Positions 9,267-20,226 are shown, counted from the stretch's first letter. The stretch: DNA of 64,000 nucleotides from Prevotella sp. (GCA_017478025.1 JAFVGZ010000005.1:52019-116018); one strand, 5' to 3'. Notes: generated by a model from the letters alone, not told the origin. A program made the numbers and translations.

Positions 9267-12200
9267 ATGAACAAGAAGACATTGCTTCTCGGCCTGCTCC
9301 TTGCAGGCATGATGTGGACTCCGACAGCTGTCATTGCCGACACGTCGAGCCGCATGGAAAAAGCTATGGTAGGTCCTGACGATCATGAGGTGACCGGTAC
9401 GGTAGAAGATGCCGACGGTCCGCTGATCGGTGCCACGGTCAAGGTGGTAGGAGCCTCCAAAGGTACCGTTACCGATATGGACGGTAAGTTTGTACTGAAA
9501 TGTAACCCCGGCGACATGCTCGAAGTAAGCTACGTGGGCTACGCCTCCGTACAGTCAAAGGCTGCACGCGGCATGAAGGTCGTAATGTCAGAGGACAAGA
9601 CACACCTCAGCGAGGTTGTCGTTACGGCCCTAGGTGTGAAGCGTGACCGCAAGGCTCTGGGCTATGCTCTCTCTGAGGTGAAGGGCGATGAACTGACAAA
9701 GGCAAAGGAGACCAACGTCATCAACTCTCTGTCAGGTAAGGTAGCAGGTCTTGTCGTACAGAACACTGCCAGCGGCGCCTCAGGCTCTACACGCGTTCTC
9801 CTTCGCGGTAATACCGAGATGACCGGCAATAACCAGCCGCTCTACGTTGTTGATGGCGTGCCTTTGGACAACACCAACTTTGCCAGCGCAGGCGTGGAGG
9901 GTGGCTATGACCTGGGCGACGGTATCTCTGCCATCAATCCCGATGATATTGAGAACATGACAGTCCTCAAAGGTCCTGCCGCATCAGCTCTCTATGGCAG
10001 CCGCGCCTCTCACGGTGTCATCCTCATTACCACCAAGAAGGCTGAGAAGGACAAGGTGAGCGTAGAGTACAACGGCTCGCTGACCTTCGACAAGCAGCTG
10101 GCTAAGTGGAACGACATTCAGGAGATTTACGGCATGGGCTACAGCGGTGCTTTCAGTCCTTCTGCCACCTCCGGCACTAACAGCAGCTGGGGCGCAAAGG
10201 CAGATGACCTGGAAGTGGAATACTTCGACGGTGTCAAGAGACCGTTCAAGATGTATCCTAACAACGCATCAGGCTTCTTCCGCACTGGTATCACAGCACA
10301 GAATACTGCCATCCTCTCTGTCAACTCAGGCAAGACAGGCGTACGTTTCTCTGTCACTGACATGCGTAACAAGGACATCCTGCCTAAGACACACATGTTC
10401 CGCGACAATTTCAATCTGCGTGTGAATACCTCTGCGGGTCCTGTTGACTTTGACTTCACAGCCAACTACACCCACGAGAACGTGACAAACCGTCCCGCAC
10501 TGGGCGACTCACAGAGCAATGTCGGCAAGAACCTGATGACGCTCGCCGGCACATACAACCAGGAATGGCTCTCCAACTATCAGACCGCAGAAGGTGACTA
10601 CGCCAACTGGAATGGTAATGACCAGTACAACAAGAACCCTTACTGGGACCTCTATAAGAACAACAACACATCAAAGAAGGATGTGTTCCGCCTCACAGCA
10701 AAGGCTATCTATAACATTACAGACCACCTGAAGCTGCAGGGAACCATCGGCACCGACATGAACTTCATGGATTTCGATGACTTCATCGCACGCACTACGC
10801 CTGGTAAGCTGGCAGGTCAGTTCATGTCACAGAAGTTCAAGAACAAGACTCTGAACGCTGAAATCCTCGCGCTCTACAACAACCAGTTCGGCGATTTTGA
10901 CGTTAATGCGACCCTGGGCGGCAATATCTTCAAGGTTAACAATAAGACAGACATCTTCACAGGCCTTGAGCAGCAGATGAAGGATGTCATCGCCATCATG
11001 AACTACTCACAGCAGAGCGTACAGCAGAACAGCTACACCAAGCAGATCAACTCTATCTACGGTTCTGCGAGCGTGGGCTACAAGCACACCTACTTCCTCG
11101 AGGGAACGGTGCGCGGCGATAAGTCCTCAACACTGCCTTCTGGCAACAACGTGTATGTTTATCCGTCCGTTTCTGCCAGCATCGTGTTCTCTGAGTATCT
11201 CAAGAGCAAGAACATCATCAACTACGGTAAGATACGTGCATCATTCGCTCAGGTAGGTAGCGATACCGACCCATACCAGCTGGCTCTCTACTATTCTACT
11301 GCCAAGTACTCTTACGGCGGCTACGTCATCGGTATGATCAACAACAACACCCAGCCTAACAAGGATCTGAAGCCAACACGCACAAACTCTTTCGAGATTG
11401 GTCTCGAGATGAAGTTCTTCCGCAACCGCTTAGGCTTGGATGTGACTTACTATAACCAGAACTCTAAGGACCAGATTATTGCACTGGCCACATCTTCTAC
11501 CTCCGGCTACACCCACAGCCTCGTCAACGCCGGCGAAATCCAGAACCGTGGTATCGAGATTTCGCTCAACGGACGTGTGCTCGACTTCAAGGACTTCGCA
11601 TGGGACGCAGGCATCAACTTCTCTAAGAACACCAACAAGGTTAAGTCTCTCGTTGAGGGCATGAACTACTTTGAGCTCGAGAGAGCTACATGGTGCGGCG
11701 TCTCTGTCGGCGCAGAGGTGGGCCAGAACTACGGCTCTATCATCGGCAAGGACTTCAAGCGCACAGCAGACGGCCAGCCTATCATCAATGCCACCACAGG
11801 TCTGCCTGAGGTGGATGACAAGACACACACACTCGGTAATGCCTCTTGGGACTGGACCGGCGGTTTCTACTCTACCTTCACCTACAAGAACTTCAAGCTC
11901 ACCGCTGGCTTCGACGTCAAAGTGGGAGCTGATCTCTTCTCCATGTCTATGCGCTCTGCATACGCCACAGGTAAGGCCAAGCAGACCCTGGAGGGCCGCG
12001 AGGAGTGGTATCGCTCTGAGGAGAACCGTAAGGCTGCCAACATGACACTCGACGAGTGGCGCGCAGCAGGTTTTTGCGAAGGTTACGTAGTACCAGGTGT
12101 CATACAGAATGCAGACGGCACTTACCGTACTAATGACATACCTGTCAATCCGGAGTCATACTGGAAGACTGCATCTGAGAATGCGCCTTCTACATTCATC

Positions 12201-12449
12201 TATGACAACTCTTACGTGAAGTGCCGTGAGATTACCTTCGGCTACACCTTCCCTGAGAAGCTGCTGGGCACCAATAAGTTTGTGAAGTCACTCAGCCTGA
12301 GCTTCGTGGCACGCAACCCATTCATCATCTGGAAGAACATTCCAAACATCGACCCAGACTCTGGTTACAACACCTCAGGCCTCGGTCTCGAGTACGGCTC
12401 ACTGCCATCACGTCGCAGCTATGGTTTCAATGTTAACGTCAAATTCTAA
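9267..12449 (+). CDS. susC: SusC/RagA TonB-dependent transporter
   Basis: Start moved to ATG 9267 (MNKKTLLL signal). CarboxypepD_reg-like N-domain, 'NQPLYVVDGVP', 'DIENMTVLKGPAASALYGSRASHGVILITTK', C-terminal Phe. Confidence 0.95.
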   Translation: MNKKTLLLGLLLAGMMWTPTAVIADTSSRMEKAMVGPDDHEVTGTVEDADGPLIGATVKVVGASKGTVTDMDGKFVLKCNPGDMLEVSYVGYASVQSKAARGMKVVMSEDKTHLSEVVVTALGVKRDRKALGYALSEVKGDELTKAKETNVINSLSGKVAGLVVQNTASGASGSTRVLLRGNTEMTGNNQPLYVVDGVPLDNTNFASAGVEGGYDLGDGISAINPDDIENMTVLKGPAASALYGSRASHGVILITTKKAEKDKVSVEYNGSLTFDKQLAKWNDIQEIYGMGYSGAFSPSATSGTNSSWGAKADDLEVEYFDGVKRPFKMYPNNASGFFRTGITAQNTAILSVNSGKTGVRFSVTDMRNKDILPKTHMFRDNFNLRVNTSAGPVDFDFTANYTHENVTNRPALGDSQSNVGKNLMTLAGTYNQEWLSNYQTAEGDYANWNGNDQYNKNPYWDLYKNNNTSKKDVFRLTAKAIYNITDHLKLQGTIGTDMNFMDFDDFIARTTPGKLAGQFMSQKFKNKTLNAEILALYNNQFGDFDVNATLGGNIFKVNNKTDIFTGLEQQMKDVIAIMNYSQQSVQQNSYTKQINSIYGSASVGYKHTYFLEGTVRGDKSSTLPSGNNVYVYPSVSASIVFSEYLKSKNIINYGKIRASFAQVGSDTDPYQLALYYSTAKYSYGGYVIGMINNNTQPNKDLKPTRTNSFEIGLEMKFFRNRLGLDVTYYNQNSKDQIIALATSSTSGYTHSLVNAGEIQNRGIEISLNGRVLDFKDFAWDAGINFSKNTNKVKSLVEGMNYFELERATWCGVSVGAEVGQNYGSIIGKDFKRTADGQPIINATTGLPEVDDKTHTLGNASWDWTGGFYSTFTYKNFKLTAGFDVKVGADLFSMSMRSAYATGKAKQTLEGREEWYRSEENRKAANMTLDEWRAAGFCEGYVVPGVIQNADGTYRTNDIPVNPESYWKTASENAPSTFIYDNSYVKCREITFGYTFPEKLLGTNKFVKSLSLSFVARNPFIIWKNIPNIDPDSGYNTSGLGLEYGSLPSRRSYGFNVNVKF

Positions 12450-12464
12450 AAGCAATCCCCAATC

Positions 12465-14180
12465 ATGAAAAAGATATTTTTATTGCTCTGTGTCGCAGCA
12501 TTGGCCTTTAGCTCCTGCAGCGACGAACACATGGAGAGAATCAACACGGACGATACCAAGGCATCGTCCATAGATCCCAGTGCACAGCTGACAACAGCCC
12601 TGCTGCAGACATACGGTGACTTCGGCATGATGGATACCTACCGCAGCTACATCACCGGCTTCACACAGCACTTTGCCGGAGGCTGGAACGTATCGAACTA
12701 TGCCGGCAGCGTACACGCCCAGGATGACCAGATGCGTCTGGTGTGGGACCAGCTCTATGCCGTGTCCATTAAGAACATTGTTGACGCCATCGCCAACTCT
12801 GCCGATAAGCCCAACACCAACGCAGCGCTGCGCATACACCGCGTTTATCTGATGTCTGTACTGACAGATATCTATGGTGACCTGCCCTGCATGGAGGCCG
12901 GCTTAGGTTACGTAGCGGGCATCAATAACCCTTCCTACGACACGCAGGAGGAGATGTACGACTTCTTCTTCGAGGAGCTGAAGGCATGCGCCGCACAGCT
13001 CGGCACCGGCTCTGACCGCATCGGCGGCGACGTGACAAGCCTGAAGGGTGACGTTGCGGCATGGAAGCGTTATGCCAACACTCTGCGCCTGCGCTATGCT
13101 ATGCGTATCAGCGACGTAAACTCAACCAAGGCCAAAGAGGAATTTGAGAGTGCCCTCACGGCTGACGGCGGCTACATTCAGGATGCCAGCCAGGACGCAT
13201 ACATTATTTATATGGACGGTCCGTTCACCCTGTATGACGGCTCTCGCGACCTCGACTTCCGCGTCAATGCCCTCGGCGAGATTCTGTATGGCCAGGATCC
13301 AACATCTCCTACATTCATCTGCTCTACATTCTATGACATCCTGAATGACAACAACGACCCACGTCTGCACCGCATCTGCCGTCACTATCTCAACGTAAAG
13401 CGCTCTGAGACAAAGCCTGACCGCGAGTGGAATGTCGATGTAACGGACGAGGTGGTGCCTTATCTTGAGACCACCGGCACATACACCGCCTGTGTACCTG
13501 GTGCCGCTTGGTGGAGCGACTGGGTGAATGCACCTTCACTGGATGACATCCCTACTCTGAAGAGACTGGTGGAGCTGTACCCTGAGGCAGGCTTCAACAA
13601 GAACAACTTTGATGCCCGCATGATACGTCCGTTCCTCTCCATCGACTTTGAGATGCCTGACCGCCCCGGTACTCTCATCAACTCTGCAGAGGTAGAGTTC
13701 CTGCTGGCCGAGGCCAAGGGCAAGAATTGGAATGTCCCCGGCGATGCTCTTGAGCACTTCAATGCCGGCATCAAGGCATCTATGCAGTGGCTGAACACAC
13801 ACTATCTGCAGGCTGCCGACAAGATTTCCGATGACGAGATCAATACGTTCGTCGCTTCTCAGGCAGCAAATTTCAGCGCCAACGCCAAGGAAGCCATCAA
13901 CACCCAGGCATGGATTCTGCACATGATGAACCCCAACGAGGCATGGGCAAACCTGCGCCGCTCGGACTATCCAGTACTGGAGGACAGGACAAAGTATCCT
14001 ATCCGTCCTGACTTCACATACGATGATGACAACCTGAACACGCCTACACGTCTGCGTTATCCTATCTCCGAGAACCAGTACAACAGCGTGAACTATCAGG
14101 AAGCTATTGACCGCATGGGTGGCAGTGACGACTGGCATAAGCGTCTCTGGTGGGACATGAAGGATATCAACTTGAAGTAA
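12465..14180 (+). CDS. susD: SusD/RagB glycan-binding lipoprotein
   Basis: FSSC lipobox; directly after susC; 'LTDIYGDLP', 'WKRYANTLRLRYAMR', 'EAWANLRR', 'RLRYP', 'LWWD'. Confidence 0.93.
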   Translation: MKKIFLLLCVAALAFSSCSDEHMERINTDDTKASSIDPSAQLTTALLQTYGDFGMMDTYRSYITGFTQHFAGGWNVSNYAGSVHAQDDQMRLVWDQLYAVSIKNIVDAIANSADKPNTNAALRIHRVYLMSVLTDIYGDLPCMEAGLGYVAGINNPSYDTQEEMYDFFFEELKACAAQLGTGSDRIGGDVTSLKGDVAAWKRYANTLRLRYAMRISDVNSTKAKEEFESALTADGGYIQDASQDAYIIYMDGPFTLYDGSRDLDFRVNALGEILYGQDPTSPTFICSTFYDILNDNNDPRLHRICRHYLNVKRSETKPDREWNVDVTDEVVPYLETTGTYTACVPGAAWWSDWVNAPSLDDIPTLKRLVELYPEAGFNKNNFDARMIRPFLSIDFEMPDRPGTLINSAEVEFLLAEAKGKNWNVPGDALEHFNAGIKASMQWLNTHYLQAADKISDDEINTFVASQAANFSANAKEAINTQAWILHMMNPNEAWANLRRSDYPVLEDRTKYPIRPDFTYDDDNLNTPTRLRYPISENQYNSVNYQEAIDRMGGSDDWHKRLWWDMKDINLK

Positions 14181-14216
14181 AGCCCCCTTCCAGCTCCCCC
14201 CCCGAGGGGGAGAGGG
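14181..14216. repeat. C/G-rich palindromic REP-like element
   Basis: ctccccc-cccga-gggggag hairpin immediately after the susD stop; related C/G-rich hairpins at 16902, 45716 and 48967. Confidence 0.55.
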
Positions 14217-14267
14217 ACCTAATAAAAGAATAAATTAAGAAACAAAACGAAAAAGTACATAAGTGCT

Positions 14268-15632
14268 ATGAATATCAAGAATATATCAAAATATCTCGCC
14301 ACAGCATTCGTTGCTTTCGGCTTGGCCGCAACGACAGGCTGTTCGTCAGATGATCCATTCTTCACTGCCGATGAGAATGATGCTCCGCGCATTCTGAACA
14401 CTGACCTGCCTGAGGGCAAGGGAGGCGAGCCTGGCGAAATCGCCAACATTGAAAGGACACAGAATTTCACCTTTGAGGTGAAGGTGACTCCGGTTCATTA
14501 CACCACCGTCAACTGGTATATTGACGGCGAAGAGGTGGCTGAAGGCCTGACCATCGACGTTCCCGTACTGGCCGGCAACCACATCGTGGAGATTGTGGCT
14601 ACCACCACCAAGGGTCTCTCGACTTCTCGCACCTGCAAGCTGACTGTCCGTCCTGCTGCCGGTGACCCAGAACTGGCTACTGACGGCAAGTCTCGCTGGC
14701 TCACTATTGGCAAAGTAAAGACCATCGAGTGCAAAAATGTAAACAGCGTGACAAAGGTCTTCATTGGCAAGACTGAGGCCACTAACGTGTCTTATGCCGA
14801 CGGCAAGCTGACCTTCACCGTACCTTCTATGGAAGAAGATGATTACCAGGTATCCATTGAGGATGCTACAGGCATGCGTTACGGATGCGGCATCTTCACC
14901 GTCAGCAGCGAGGATTACGTGGATCCGGGCATAAAGGAGACTACGCTTTGGGAAGGTGATACCGATATCAACTGGGGCGAGAGCAACGTACAGATCTCTG
15001 CGGAAGAGCTGGCCAACGTGCCTGTCGGAGCTACTATCCGATTGGAATATGACATCATCGACATGCCTGAAGGCTATCATGCTATGCGCATCACGACACC
15101 GTGGTGGGGTGACAACCCTGAGGATCAGATTATCCCGCAGTTCGATCTCACCGAGGATACTCCTAATCCATTCGAGTTCACCTACACCGAGGCTAACAAG
15201 GCTATCGTCGATGAGCGTGGTGGAATGCTGATTGTCGGCTATGGTTACAAGGTCAAGAAGGTAGTCCTTGTTGAGGGTGTTGCTCCTGCCGAGACAACTC
15301 TCTGGGAAGGCAGTGCAGAAATCAACTGGGGCGATAGCAACATTAATATCACCTCTGAAGAACTGGCAGATGTGCCTGAGGGAGCTACCATTAATCTCTA
15401 CTATGAGATCATCGACATGCCTGAGGGCTACCATGCTATGCGTATCACTACTCCTTGGTGGGGAGACAACCCAGAGGATCAGATTGTGCCACAGTTTGAC
15501 CTGACAGAGGATACGCCTAAACCCTATAGCTTCACCTATACCGGAGCTAACAAGGGCATCGTGGATGAGCGCGGTGGCATGCTTATTGTAGGTTATGGCT
15601 ATAAGGTAACGAAGGTAACGTACAGTAAGTAG
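14268..15632 (+). CDS. Surface glycan-binding lipoprotein (SusE-positioned) with Ig-like domains and two tandem C-terminal carbohydrate-binding-like repeats
   Basis: TTGC lipobox; follows susD; 118-aa duplicated unit ETTLWEG...[17 protein letters not shown]...GYGYKV starting at 14937 and 15291. Confidence 0.82.
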   Translation: MNIKNISKYLATAFVAFGLAATTGCSSDDPFFTADENDAPRILNTDLPEGKGGEPGEIANIERTQNFTFEVKVTPVHYTTVNWYIDGEEVAEGLTIDVPVLAGNHIVEIVATTTKGLSTSRTCKLTVRPAAGDPELATDGKSRWLTIGKVKTIECKNVNSVTKVFIGKTEATNVSYADGKLTFTVPSMEEDDYQVSIEDATGMRYGCGIFTVSSEDYVDPGIKETTLWEGDTDINWGESNVQISAEELANVPVGATIRLEYDIIDMPEGYHAMRITTPWWGDNPEDQIIPQFDLTEDTPNPFEFTYTEANKAIVDERGGMLIVGYGYKVKKVVLVEGVAPAETTLWEGSAEINWGDSNINITSEELADVPEGATINLYYEIIDMPEGYHAMRITTPWWGDNPEDQIVPQFDLTEDTPKPYSFTYTGANKGIVDERGGMLIVGYGYKVTKVTYSK

Positions 15633-15649
15633 AACTTATATTCAGAACA

Positions 15650-17938
15650 ATGAGAATTTTATTATCAACTATCATGGTGGCCTTTGCATCTTTCGTGGGT
15701 GCAAAGACCACCTTTACGTCTCAGGATATGGAGCAGTTATTGCAACGCATGACCCTGGACGAGAAGATTGGCCAGATGCTGCAGCTGAACATTGACGGTC
15801 TGGGCAAGGGCAAGGGTGATGACTTCATACTCGACGAGGAGAAGCTGCACGAGGCTATTGCTGTCTATAAGGTAGGTTCTATCCTCAACACCCCCGGTCC
15901 GGTGGCAATGTCAACCAAGCGCTGGCAGGAGCTCGTCAGCCGCATCCAGGAGGTGTCAATGAAGGAGATCGGCATTCCCTGCCTCTATGGTCTGGACATG
16001 AACCACGGCGCTTCTTATACTCTTGGCGCTACGTTCTTCCCTCAGAACATCAACATGGGTGCCACGTTCAACCCCGCCCTGACCCAGGAGGCGGGGCGCA
16101 TCACGGCCTACGAGACACGTGCCTCTGACTGTCCCTGGACGTTCTCACCTACCGTTGACCTGAGCCGCGACCCACGCTGGCCGCGTGTTTGGGAGAACTA
16201 TGGCGAGGATGCGCTGGTCAATGCCGTCATGGGCAGCGCTGCCGTACGTGGTTTCCAGGGCGATGACCGCGAGCACATTGATGCCTTCCACATCGCTGCC
16301 TGCGGCAAGCACTATCTGGGCTATGGATCACCACGCACCGGCAAGGACCGCACACCGGCCTACATGCCCGAGAACGAATTGCGTGAGAAGTGTTTCGCAC
16401 CCTACAAGGCGATGGTCGAGGCCGGCATGCTGTCCATCATGGTCAACTCCGGTTCTGTGAACGGTCAGCCCATACATGCCAGCCACAAGTACCTCACGGA
16501 GTGGCTCAAGGAGGGTCTGAACTGGGACGGTATGATTGTCACAGACTGGTCAGACATCAACAATCTCTATAAGCGCGAGCATGTGGCACGCGACAAGAAG
16601 GATGCTATCCGCATTGCCATCAATGCCGGCATCGATATGTCTATGGACCCCTACGACCTGCAGTTCTGCACCCTTCTCAAGGAGTTGGTGCTGGAGGGCA
16701 AGGTCAGCCAGAGCCGCATTGATGACGCTGTGCGCAGAATACTGCTGCTGAAGTACCGTCTGGGACTCTTCGACCAGCCCAACACGGGCAAGGGCAAGGC
16801 CTATGCCGACTTCGGCTCTGAGAAGTCTGCGAAGGTGGCCCTGCAAGCCGCTGAGGAGAGTATCATCCTGCTCAAGAACGAGTCCAACCTACTGCCACTC
16901 GCTCCCCTCGCCTCGGGAGAGGGGTCGGGGCTGAGGTTACTGGTGACCGGTCCTAATGCTAACCAGATGCGATGCCTTAACGGTGGCTGGAGTTACACTT
17001 GGCAGGGCAACCTGACCGACCGCTATGCCCAGCAATACAACACCATCTTTGAGGCGCTGTCAAACCGCTTCGGCAGCAGCAACGTGGTGCTGGAGCAGAG
17101 CGTGACCTATGTTCCTGAAGGAGGATACCAGGAGGAGGAAGCCTCACGCATTGACGAAGCCGTGCGTGCTGCGCAGAATGTTGACGTCATCATTGCCTGC
17201 GTAGGCGAGAATTCCTATACCGAGACAGTGGGCAACCTCTCCGACCTGACCCTGTCCGAAAACCAGCGTCGCCTGGTGAAGGCCCTCGCACAGACGGGCA
17301 AGCCTATTATCCTTGTGCTCAACGAAGGCCGCCCACGATTGGTCAACGACCTCGAGCCGCTCTGCCAGGCCGTCATAGACATCCTGCTGCCCGGCAATTA
17401 CGGTGCCGATGCGCTGGCGCGACTGCTGGCAGGCGATGCTAACTTCTCAGGACGTCTGCCCTATACCTACCCACGCAACTCCGCAGACCTCGCTACTTAC
17501 GACTATCGCGTCAGCGAGCATTGCGAGCGCATGGCGGGAGCATACGACTACGACGCCACCGTCAACGTGCAGTGGCCCTTCGGCTATGGCCTGAGCTACA
17601 CCACGTTTGCCTATAGCAATATGCGTGTCGACAAGCCCCGCTTCAGCAAGGACGACATCCTGACCGTCAGCATCGACGTCACCAACACCGGCAACAGGGA
17701 GGGCAAGGAGAGCGTCCTGCTGTACAGCACCGACCTCGTAGCCTCGCTGACCCCGGAGAACCGCCGCCTGCGTGCCTTCGAGAAGGTATCGCTGCAGCCA
17801 CAGGAGACACGCACCGTCACATTCCGTCTGCCTGCCAAGGACCTGGCATTCGTAGGTGCCGACGGGCAATGGGTGCTTGAGGAAGGAGACTTCCGACTCA
17901 CCATTGGCTCTGAGCAGCAGACCATCACATGCGAATAA
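15650..17938 (+). CDS. GH3 beta-glucosidase (periplasmic)
   Basis: Signal peptide; [33 protein letters not shown] nucleophile motif, [11 protein letters not shown], Fn3-like C-terminus. Confidence 0.93.
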   Translation: MRILLSTIMVAFASFVGAKTTFTSQDMEQLLQRMTLDEKIGQMLQLNIDGLGKGKGDDFILDEEKLHEAIAVYKVGSILNTPGPVAMSTKRWQELVSRIQEVSMKEIGIPCLYGLDMNHGASYTLGATFFPQNINMGATFNPALTQEAGRITAYETRASDCPWTFSPTVDLSRDPRWPRVWENYGEDALVNAVMGSAAVRGFQGDDREHIDAFHIAACGKHYLGYGSPRTGKDRTPAYMPENELREKCFAPYKAMVEAGMLSIMVNSGSVNGQPIHASHKYLTEWLKEGLNWDGMIVTDWSDINNLYKREHVARDKKDAIRIAINAGIDMSMDPYDLQFCTLLKELVLEGKVSQSRIDDAVRRILLLKYRLGLFDQPNTGKGKAYADFGSEKSAKVALQAAEESIILLKNESNLLPLAPLASGEGSGLRLLVTGPNANQMRCLNGGWSYTWQGNLTDRYAQQYNTIFEALSNRFGSSNVVLEQSVTYVPEGGYQEEEASRIDEAVRAAQNVDVIIACVGENSYTETVGNLSDLTLSENQRRLVKALAQTGKPIILVLNEGRPRLVNDLEPLCQAVIDILLPGNYGADALARLLAGDANFSGRLPYTYPRNSADLATYDYRVSEHCERMAGAYDYDATVNVQWPFGYGLSYTTFAYSNMRVDKPRFSKDDILTVSIDVTNTGNREGKESVLLYSTDLVASLTPENRRLRAFEKVSLQPQETRTVTFRLPAKDLAFVGADGQWVLEEGDFRLTIGSEQQTITCE

Positions 17939-18122
17939 CGAGTAAAGTTTGTTTAGTATATTAGTATTGATCATTAGGGTTGGAACCATCTTTAGGTTTC
18001 GGCCCTTTTGCATACCCAAGCAACAGTACCCTCCAGTTTCTCAAAAAGCAAGACTATTCAACACTATTCATTCCATCTGCATAACACATCCTTCGTGAAA
18101 GTCGTGAAAGTCGTAGTACCAA

Positions 18123-18191
18123 TTGCATGTAATTCGCGGCACCTGTTGCATGTAATTCGCGGCACCTGTTGCGTGTAATTCGTGGTACCTC
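18123..18191 (+). repeat. Three tandem 23-bp direct repeats
   Basis: ttgcatgtaattcgcggcacctg at 18123 and 18146; degenerate ttgcgtgtaattcgtggtacctc at 18169. Confidence 0.8.
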
Positions 18192-18194
18192 TGC

Positions 18195-18665
18195 AAAAAG
18201 TCCAAAATGATAAATCGTACATTTTGGAGCTCATTTTGTAACAAAAGCGATTTTCGGGCCTTCAAAAATCGCGTTTTTCTGCACCAAGGTCGCCCTCGCT
18301 CGCAAATATCGCCTAAAATCGCACGAATAGCTAACGCACTGAACAACAGAGTGTTTGATGGTTTACCCATCAAAACAGAACCGTAAAACCCCCAAAAAGA
18401 CCACAAAACACGGGGTAAAAGACCTACTGTTACCCTCTAATAGACCTGCTTTCACTCAGTAAAAGACCTACTATTGCAAGGTAAAAGACCTACTATTACA
18501 ACCTAAAAGACCTACTTTCACCCTCCGGAAGGGCATTTTTCACCCTTCAACTCTCATCTTTCCTCTCTTTTCCGCTCCAGATTTCATTTTTTAGTCGTAA
18601 CTTTCAAAAACGCAATTGTCACAAAAAAAGCCCAAAAATGAACGATTTATCATTTTGGACTTTTT
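18195..18665. mobile_element. MITE-like non-coding element with ~60-bp imperfect terminal inverted repeats and an internal 22-bp-period array
   Basis: aaaaagtccaaaatgataaatcgt (from 18195) is the exact reverse complement of 18642-18665, and similarity continues to about 60 bp. Internal gacct cores at 18421, 18443, 18465, 18487, 18509. No transposase. Confidence 0.55.
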
Positions 18666-18790
18666 CTCTTTTTGGGGGCCTGAGGAACTTAGTGGGCGAT
18701 GTGACACCACTGGCCTATTATTCATATTATTCCAATATCATTCATTCCCCAGCCAGCCGTCTTCTTTCCATTCATACGGTGGGAGGCGCT

Positions 18791-20011
18791 TCACCTCATC
18801 TTATCAAAGAAGCTTAGAATCTCCTCCTGCATTGCCTTGTTGAGGAAATGCTTCTCCGGCCATATCTTCGTGATGAGTTTATCGTCCATTCCCTGGCTGT
18901 GCCACACCTCACGCATCACTCCGTACGAGGCCTCAACACCGGGCACGGGGAAGAGCTTGTCGCGGTCGCCATTAAAGAACAGCGCAGGCTTGGGGCATAT
19001 CAGCGATGCCACATGAGGGTAGTCCATCAGGTTTCGAATGCCCGGAATGAGCATGGAGTACGCTGAGCCGCCCTTGTTCTGGTTGTTGGAGAGCGACATG
19101 AGGTACTCCGTATCGTTTATCCAACACACGGCGGCAGAGACTTTGATGTCGTCAGAGAGCGCCGCAAGCATCCACGAGCGGTAGGCACCCATAGAGAATC
19201 CCAGGCACCCTACCCTATTCTTATCGACCACCGGCAGCTGCGCAAGGAATGCCGCTGCCCGCATATCGTCCCACGTTATCCACGCTCCCCACGATGTGCC
19301 CATCTGCAGGAGGTTGGAAGCCAGGGCCTGCTGCGCGTCATAGGTCTTCTGTTTGCGCTCCTTGGTGGATAGCGACTGCGCTATCTTATCCCCTGACGTG
19401 TTGCCGTCATTGCCTATGCGGTCCTCTTTCCTGCCCCTGTCACCCCAGAACAGGGCGTCAAAGCTGAGGACGACGTAACCCTTACGCGCAAACTCATCGC
19501 CTACATAGCGCCCGTCATAGCATGCCTCCACCCATTGCTGAGCGTCTGCCGTGATGACGGAATCAACGCCGAACGGCCTTACCATCTTCTCCTTACCGAT
19601 GGCAAAGTGGGCTCCGTGATCGTGAAGCATCAGTACAGCCGGAGCCGGAGTGACCGACGGCACAAGCAGATAGGCCGTGATGCGCTCCCATTTATTGATG
19701 TTGAAGCGTATCTTCTGCGCCTCATACCCGTCTCGCTGCTCCCTCTCCACGACCTCGTAAGTATAGTCGCTGGGCTCGGGAGGAGCCAGCTGCATGGTCT
19801 TGAAGATTTCCTCACGCGCTCCCTTGCGCCACGCATCAAAGGACATCTCGCCCTGCTTTGACTGCCACGACCACGGGAAGGTGAGCTGCTGTTTCAGTTC
19901 CGCATAGAAGGTTGGCATATTATTCTCCAACCCATAGTACTGTGCACACACACAATTGTGTGATACAAATAAACACACCAGCGTTAAAATGATACTTAAT
20001 GAAGATCTCAT
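18791..20011 (-). CDS. Secreted alpha/beta-hydrolase (dienelactone hydrolase/acetylesterase-like)
   Basis: Signal peptide; LHDHG oxyanion region, GFSMG nucleophile elbow, GDRDKLF, C-terminal EKH. Confidence 0.8.
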   Translation of the reverse strand: MRSSLSIILTLVCLFVSHNCVCAQYYGLENNMPTFYAELKQQLTFPWSWQSKQGEMSFDAWRKGAREEIFKTMQLAPPEPSDYTYEVVEREQRDGYEAQKIRFNINKWERITAYLLVPSVTPAPAVLMLHDHGAHFAIGKEKMVRPFGVDSVITADAQQWVEACYDGRYVGDEFARKGYVVLSFDALFWGDRGRKEDRIGNDGNTSGDKIAQSLSTKERKQKTYDAQQALASNLLQMGTSWGAWITWDDMRAAAFLAQLPVVDKNRVGCLGFSMGAYRSWMLAALSDDIKVSAAVCWINDTEYLMSLSNNQNKGGSAYSMLIPGIRNLMDYPHVASLICPKPALFFNGDRDKLFPVPGVEASYGVMREVWHSQGMDDKLITKIWPEKHFLNKAMQEEILSFFDKMR

Positions 20012-20115
20012 AGCGAGTATTTTTTATTTCTTGTTGGATTAAAAATGGGACTTGTTTACTCTCACCACATTGTCTCATCAATTATGATTATCGTTGCCAA
20101 TCATAGAACAACCCT

Positions 20116-20226
20116 TAAAAAATAGCCCCGTTGCTCATCCCGGATGAGCAACGGGGCACGTGTCTTTTCCTTTTTCGTTTTATAGTATTGATGAAAGCGA
20201 AAGATTGGGTTATAGTACCTAATTGC
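20116..20226 (-). ncRNA. Candidate sRNA or attenuated leader (promoter, ~110 nt, intrinsic terminator)
   Basis: Minus-strand TACCTTTG at 20232-20239; perfect gccccgttgctcatcc/ggatgagcaacggggc palindrome (about 20124-20157) followed on the minus strand by tattttt. Confidence 0.4.

Noticed and set aside
18123-18191. 23-bp repeats as a mini-CRISPR
   Set aside because: The repeats are directly adjacent, with no spacers.
18068-18843. ORFs 18068-18406 (-) and 18616-18843 (+) as transposase fragments
   Set aside because: They are translations of repeat DNA with no DDE, HUH or recombinase motifs.
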